Of a stretch of 58,595 nt of DNA, positions 51,906-58,595 are shown piece after piece. This stretch comes from Seison nebaliae. Lineage: Eukaryota. The notes under the pieces were generated by a model. It did no database searches. It was not told the DNA's origin and worked only from the letters and a program-made list of their open reading frames with translations. Numbering within the stretch: position 1 is the stretch's first letter; every line of letters begins with the position of its first letter. The stretch lies in the NCBI GenBank assembly GCA_023231475.1, contig JALJEE010000392.1:1-58595 (forward strand), in the 5' to 3' direction. Made by a program: the position numbers and the translations under genes.

Positions 51906-54900
51906 TATGTTCCACTAAAACTTTTTGATTAATTCAATTTTATTCGAAATTTAACATATTTTCCCCTTTCCTTATTCTCTAAAATCAGTCATCATTTTAA
52001 ACTTTTACAATACTAATTTTTTTGTAAGAAACAATTCTGAAGAGTAAAAAAGAAAGAAGTCGGAATTATCATTAGAATAGAATAACAACTCGTAAAAGTT
52101 AGGATGAATAATTGAAAAGAAGTAGAACTGGATACAAATAATTTCTTCCGTATTTGCTGATTTCTAATTAAAAAATCGTAGAAGATATGAATATTCAGCA
52201 CGGCAGACAGATGATAAAAACGAAAAACCCGATTTCTGTACTTATTACACCGTTCTTTTCTGTACATGAGTGTAATGTAGATTTAGTTTACTTGTACATT
52301 TCTTTTGACAACTATCCTAATGGAATTATCAGGCACGGCATAAAATTAATGAAACAAATAGTGGCAAATTCTTCAGATTTCCGGTTAATAATTGCACAAC
52401 TGTTCAATTCTCATGTATTCAGTTCGTGCACGTTCTTGCACCAACATACATTTTATGCACACCATCACGTCCAGTTATTCCATTAGGAACATCATCTGGT
52501 AACATCTGGTATTATGTCGGTTGATTCTTATTAATTAGTTTGGTGTTGTTTTTAGTAGTCACTCTGGTGGTTATGTGCTAATCTTATGGAAGAATAATTA
52601 AGTAAATAAAAAAAATGAAAAAAATATAAAGTGTTAATCGTTCCGACATGCAACCATAAACATCATTCGTTATTTAAAGACCACATTTTCTAAGGGGACC
52701 GAAGCGTAAAAAACATAAAATTTTCAAACAAATGTGGAATAGTTAGACGTAGTAGTACGTTCTTTAAAGACATATTGACAGAATTGAGATTTTATGAAGT
52801 TCCAACTCATAATCTACTAGTTAGTGGAATATGTGGACAGTTTCCACACATATTCTTTTGGAGAAATATGAGAACAATGAAGGAAATGGTCACTCGTATC
52901 AAATCGAATGAGAGAGAAATTTGTATAAAATGATTTGCACATTTCATTATATTATACGCCTGACTGCATCATCTTTACTATCGATTGAGTATTATAATGT
53001 TGAATGATAATTAACAAGGCAGTTGAAGAGTTGATTGATTAATGGGAAATCTTAAAGTTCAACCATAATATGTTCTAAATACAACCAGAATTGTCCGTCA
53101 GAACTTAATGTTCATTAGAATCGAATGAAAAAACATGAAAGGAAAAAACTGATAAATTCTACGAAATAGATTCATATCGAATAAGAGAGAATCGAATATT
53201 TATCACATAATTATGAGTCGTGATGAAAATTAGAGAATAAACATAAAAAATTTCATGGAATTTCTTCTAACGTAAGAAGTTAAAGAATAAAAAAGGAGTA
53301 ATCGATTAGGAAAGAAATATATTAGAATATTAGGAGACAATTCTTACCGGAGGAAATGCATTCCATAACTCTCTACATATTCTCCATTTAATTTCCTTCA
53401 TTTTTCGCTCATTGTGTAATAATTTTCCTTTTTGAAAATAACAAATACTGCTCAAATACAATGTCGCAAATTTATCGCTTTAATAATCGTCAACTTCCCG
53501 TATTAACTAACATAGAGTTCGTGGACTTTCCATATCTTGCGTATATTCGCCGAATAAAAGAAACTTGAGAGAGTTTTGACATTTTCAATATTATTAACTG
53601 CATCATCCTCACAATTTGTTGATGGCGAATGAAATTTCTTTCGAATTTATTTGGTAGTCACCAAAAAGAATATTTCTAATCCATCATGTCATTTAGAATC
53701 TTCTTCCGGTTGGGTTTCCGTCATTTTTACATCTCAAAGTTCACATCATCATCTTATTACATTCAACAATCATCATTACATCACTACCACGACCAACAAC
53801 TTACCATCATATGAGAAATGAACTATGCTATAAAATCAATTCGATTAATTGCGAAAAAGAACCAAAAAAAATCTACCCCAATAAAATTTAGAAAATTCAT
53901 TATATAATTCAATATAATCGATGTTGTCGATTTTGTCGAAACAATCGATTCGATTGTTTGTAGGAAATAGTTGATGATAAAAGAACATCATATTCTTCTT
54001 CTTCTTTATTGACGACTGATTAAGTCATCGATCAATCTATTCTTTCTTCTTCTCCGATGACCAGAGGCTATTTATATTTATGACTTATTTTTACATTCTT
54101 CCCGACCTATTAACTTATTGTCATTGTTTAATAGTAATGGGACAGCAAATGAGATCTCTAACTTCAAATAGGAAAGACGGAAGAGAATTTTAGAGATTTC
54201 TTCCATTTACTCATGTAATCGAAATCATAAGAAATATTCAATAATATATAATGACGAAATGATTTTTAAGTTCGATTTGGGAAATTCTTTAAAAGTTCTT
54301 AATCGTCGATTTTCCCATATACTTCACGTATCTGACGACAATGAAGTTACTTCATATGACTTCTATACGAGAAAGTCAAATACGATTTACATCAGTTAGC
54401 GAACTTCATGGAAAATTTGTTTTTATGGAAGTGATTGAATTTCGTTATGAAGTGAATGTGATCGATTGTAGAAGATATCCAATTTTCGCATTTTGACATT
54501 CGATTAAACGAATAACGATTGAGAGAATGAATAAGATTAGCTATCGAATAAATTTCTATTGAATAGAAATGAATCAAAGTTCATCGAGTTACAATTCTCC
54601 ATCTTACTGCTCAAATAAAGAAAAATTTTCTTCTAAACTTTTAGTTCAATCGATGTTGAGACGAGTTGCTGTTTACCTTGAACAATTGGTAATTTCCTTT
54701 TCGAAATATTTGCTAATTCCCTCCCGTCTTTGCCAGATCGATAATATTTAAACACATAAAATCAATTGATAATGCGCTCTCAATTATTCTCCTTTACCCT
54801 AATCATATCTGATCTTTTTCTTCAATTCTTATCTTTAACATCTCCTCCCAATTCATCCTCCTTACTATAATAACGTTGAAGTTATGAATGATACTTTTTA

Positions 54901-55314
54901 CTAATCATATGATACAAGGAAACATCTTATAAGTTTTCATAATTACATAATTATTGAGGAATTCCTATGATTTTACATTAGTATTACCAAAAGTCTGCAC
55001 CAAAATAAACTAATTACTATCAGCAATATTGTGCTAATCTTACAAAAACATCTCACACTAATACTCGTACAATATTTACAACAAATTCAATTAATAAGTT
55101 TCTTAAAAACACAATATATCATTAGCAAGATGTAACTGAATTAGGCGTTTTCTCAGATTAAAAATATAACAAATTTATTTTCTCGTTTTTTGCTCAATTC
55201 CAACACTATATAATCTTCTCCATAAATGTTATTCTGAATCATCTTGAAAGAATCGCAATATCAATCTGACGGAAACTAAAATTCAAAATTTAAACGAATT
55301 ACTTTATAAGAAAT

Positions 55315-55541
55315 AAGTCTAGGTCATTTGGTAGACGGGCGTTTGGTAGAGCGACCATTTGATAGACTCCGTATACAAAATGCAGTTATGTAAATATATT
55401 TGATATTTTGGACATTAAAATTCAAAAGGATTATTATCATTAAAATTTTAAATTCAATTTACCAAATGGTCGATTTACCAAATGGTCGGTCTACCTAACG
55501 TCCGTCTACCAAATAGTCCCGTCTACCAAAGGAGTTTTCCC
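55315..55541. mobile_element. Mutator-like MITE with 9-bp target-site duplication ATAAGAAAT
   Basis: TTTGGTAGA subrepeats on the left and TCTACCAAA on the right; ataagaaat at 55306-55314 and 55542-55550; left end matches the element at 25152. Confidence 0.8.
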
Positions 55542-57620
55542 ATAAGAAATAAAAGAACAATAAGAAAACAGATGATCGATAAATCCTTTGAATTATTTTT
55601 AAGGAAAATAATATTCTTACAAATATTCAAATAATATATCAATAAAGTATATCCACTATTTATTAAATTTCTCATTGTATCATCATTGATGGTTCATCAA
55701 TTACTTATCTTGCCCGTTAACAAGAAAGAGCATGAAAAGTAATTTGATGACTAGAAAAACTTTGCTAAAAAAACAAGATTATCGATAGTTCAATATTGGA
55801 ATATTTTTGATATTATCTTAAAACAGAATCTTATTCATCAAGAGAAATTGAAAGTTAAATTATGAAGGAAAGTAAAAATTGAAACATAAAATAATTAAAT
55901 ATTACGATTCCTGGTTCTTTATTCTTAATAAGAGATTCATTGACGAAAAGTGTTGACGTAAATCCTCATATAAAGAATTCTAAGGAAATGAGGATTGATT
56001 TGTAAAGACTAATGGATGTATTATCTCTCATATATATAATAATATTATTATCTATCAACGATTATTCTCATTAATAGATTTTTTTTAATAATATGATTAT
56101 CGACTTTGTTAATTTGATCTCTATTAAAATTTTCGTTTTGTTAAAGACAAATATGGAAAGCGGAAAAGGGTGAACTTTACGAAATAATAAGGACGAAATA
56201 TTTCGTTTATTTTGCAATTATCGTTCAATTGGATATCTTAAGAAAATTATTAGAAATATAACTTTTTTTTAAAAGAAAATATGCTTTCATTGAACCGAAA
56301 AGAGGTCACAAACAAACTAAATAATGTGCATATCTCATTGAATTGGGATCTCTGTGACATATCAGTGATCAATGTAGCCTCATTAAAACTTTACCAATCT
56401 AACTACTGCGTGAATAGATGAAATGTGTCAGGTATATCAAAGATCATTTGATTCAATTAAATGTTAATTGAAATAATTTTATAAAAATAATAATTAGGAT
56501 ATTCGTTAAATTTCTAATATTAACCCAATGACTCACGGAGTTAGTCATGTCATTAACCGGAACTGACAGAAGAAGACGTCTTCTGCTTCTTCTTTTTCAA
56601 CGATGTACACTGATGTCACCTTAACAATAGAGTTCGGGAATTTGTTTATTTTACATTAACTTTCCTCAAAAATATTTTTGAATGATGTAAGAATTGCGTT
56701 GGATACTTTTACGTAATTAAGGAAACATTCTCATTCTGCTATTTTATCTTCTTCCGTTCTTCAACAAGTCAAATTTATCATTATTTCATTTATCATCCAC
56801 ATTTACATTCACTGTCATCATTCGACATTTGATTTTTTTTTGAAACTAATAAAATTTTATTCTCGATAGAATATTTTTCGATGGCGACCCAATCATTCTT
56901 TTAGATAGAATATTGACGAATAATGGACAATTCTGTTACTGGCCGTTGTTCCTGAAACAGACTAGAATTCAACGATATTCTCTAGAACAATATTATTTTG
57001 TGAAAAAATGTAAACAGTTGTGATTGTAAAATTTTCAAATAAAATCATTAACAAATTGTAATTAACCAGAATTAAATGAGAAAATAAAAAAGTTTTTTTT
57101 CGAATAAAAAATTAATTAGATTAGGATGATGAGCTGTCTGTGGTCCAATTTGACAGTTGTCCAATCTGATTATTGGTAGAACTGTCCGAAAATTATAAGT
57201 GGAGGAATTGAAGAGAAATAAAAAATTTTATCATTCGATATATTCTTTCTAATTAAAATAGTTTGCTATAAGAATTGAACGTTCCATTTCGACACAAAAG
57301 TAACGTTTCCTCAATTCTCTTCAATATTATTCTATTTTGTTTCCGTAAAAAATGATTTTTCTGATAAAAGTTTATCTTCCGATTTTGATTGATAAGGATT
57401 CCTAATAGGAGTTTCCTATTACTCTATGATCAAAGTGATAATTGTAATTTTATAGATGGCAACCAAATAGATTCCGGAGATTCCATAGTATATAGTGGTG
57501 TCCAAACGATAACTAAAAGTTATAAGAAAAAAACGATTTGATTTTAGAAGGGAAAAAAATCCAGATTGTCCTTTTCGCTTTCTATTGTTCATACACTTAT
57601 CGTTCTATTTTGCCAAAAAG

Positions 57621-57798
57621 CAGAACGATGGGGATATTCCCTCACTTGTTCAAAGTGGGACAATATGCCATATGGCGAAAGAACTGAAAAATTAGGCAAT
57701 TTAAATATATAAAAAGATTTTAATATACGTATTCAATAAATGTCAAAATGGCATATTGTCCTACTTTGAAAAAGTGAGGGAATATCTCGATCGTTCTG
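57621..57798. mobile_element. 178-bp MITE with 51-bp terminal inverted repeats (CAG...CTG)
   Basis: 57621-57671 and 57748-57798 are reverse complements with 4 mismatches; no TSD visible. Confidence 0.8.
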
Positions 57799-58240
57799 TT
57801 CTGGATATTTCAGTTTCCTACTTGCGTACTCTATTACTCTCTCAATCCTTTTTTCGTCGTCTTGACTCATTGTCTCGATGTATTGCACCTACCCCGATAA
57901 TTAGTGCGTCCGTTGTTACTTTCAATTCTCTCTATGGATGGAAAGTCAAGTACTGGAGCACTCTATGGAGTGAGTACTACTCAGTTTATTTCTCAGTTCA
58001 TCAAATGCTTTTTCTTGTCGGTCAGTCCACTTAAAAGAACCTTCTTTGGTGGCATCGTGCAGTGGTGCCGTTATTTTGGCTTAATTTTTGATGAATTTCC
58101 GATAATAGCCCGTGAGTTCCAAAAAGTAACATATTGCTTTTTCGTCTCTTCGTGTCGGAATTAATTTAACTGCGCTGATCATATGTGTATCCGTTGCGAT
58201 TCCAGTTTTACTTATAATATGACCAAGGAACTTGATAGTG
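57799..58240 (-). mobile_element. Decayed Ty3/gypsy pol fragment (RT C-terminus to RNase H)
   Basis: Minus-strand translation across stops/frameshifts: KFLGHIISKTGI...FLELTGYYRKFIKN*AKITAPL...FKWTDRQ..FDELRNKL..APVLDFP...KVTTDA...GVGA...VIEYASRKL..PEQN. Confidence 0.88.
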
Positions 58241-58463
58241 GATTAAAAAAATCCCATTTTTCCATGAATCATCCCAAACAAAATGGTTCACGATATAGTT
58301 AAGAACCTTCACAATGAAGACTTTTTATGCATCGCGGATACAAAGCGATGGTCGCGATTCTTTCATCCAAAATTAAAGAAAACAATCAGATCAATCTGCC
58401 ACAATTGTGAAAAGTGCAAAAGAACAAAATTCGAAACAGAAAATTGAAACATAAACTGGTGAC

Positions 58464-58570
58464 CGGTGATTTCGTCACCGTATGTTTTTAAGTGAAAATC
58501 GGTGATTTCGTCACCCACAAAACGGTGATTTCGTCACCGTTTTTAGAGTATTTCGGTGATTTCGTCACCC
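58464..58570. repeat. Four exact copies of the palindromic 16-mer CGGTGATTTCGTCACC with unique spacers; probable DNA transposon end
   Basis: Copies start at 58464, 58500, 58523 and 58554; spacers are 20, 7 and 15 nt. Confidence 0.85.
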
Positions 58571-58595
58571 TGGAAAAATTTGTGAACCTAAATTT

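Noticed and set aside
52419..52505. 28-codon ORF MLPDDVPNGITGRDGVHKMYVGARTCTN (-) upstream of the SAM gene
   Set aside because: Could be a uORF, but it is too short to support without transcript or conservation data.
58464..58570. CRISPR array
   Set aside because: The repeat is only 16 nt, spacers are 7-20 nt and irregular, there are no cas genes, and the context is eukaryotic.

Overview
AT-rich, gene-dense DNA from a compact animal genome (taxon not identifiable from sequence alone). It is not prokaryotic and uses the standard genetic code. Joining the ORF fragments by hand gives spliced models for Barhl, CSTPP1/C11orf49, CLINT1, a PCGF/Psc-type RING+RAWUL gene, a TSP1-repeat membrane protein, Elongin A, PP2A catalytic subunit, SRRT/ARS2, a Caskin-type tandem-SAM protein and a secreted acidic/basic orphan. 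Long single ORFs encode a glass-like C2H2 protein, a Cys-rich orphan and a RING-less RAWUL protein. A multi-microexon cystin-like gene is missing from the ORF track. Decayed retroelements and MITEs lie mostly at the two ends. The strongest signal is the splicing grammar: 36 of the 38 introns I could fix by frame or homology start GTT instead of GTA/GTG, and 35 of those 36 are only 42-80 nt. The two exceptions are the longest introns, which keep GTGAAT/GTAAGT. All homology calls are from recalled family sequences, not database searches.
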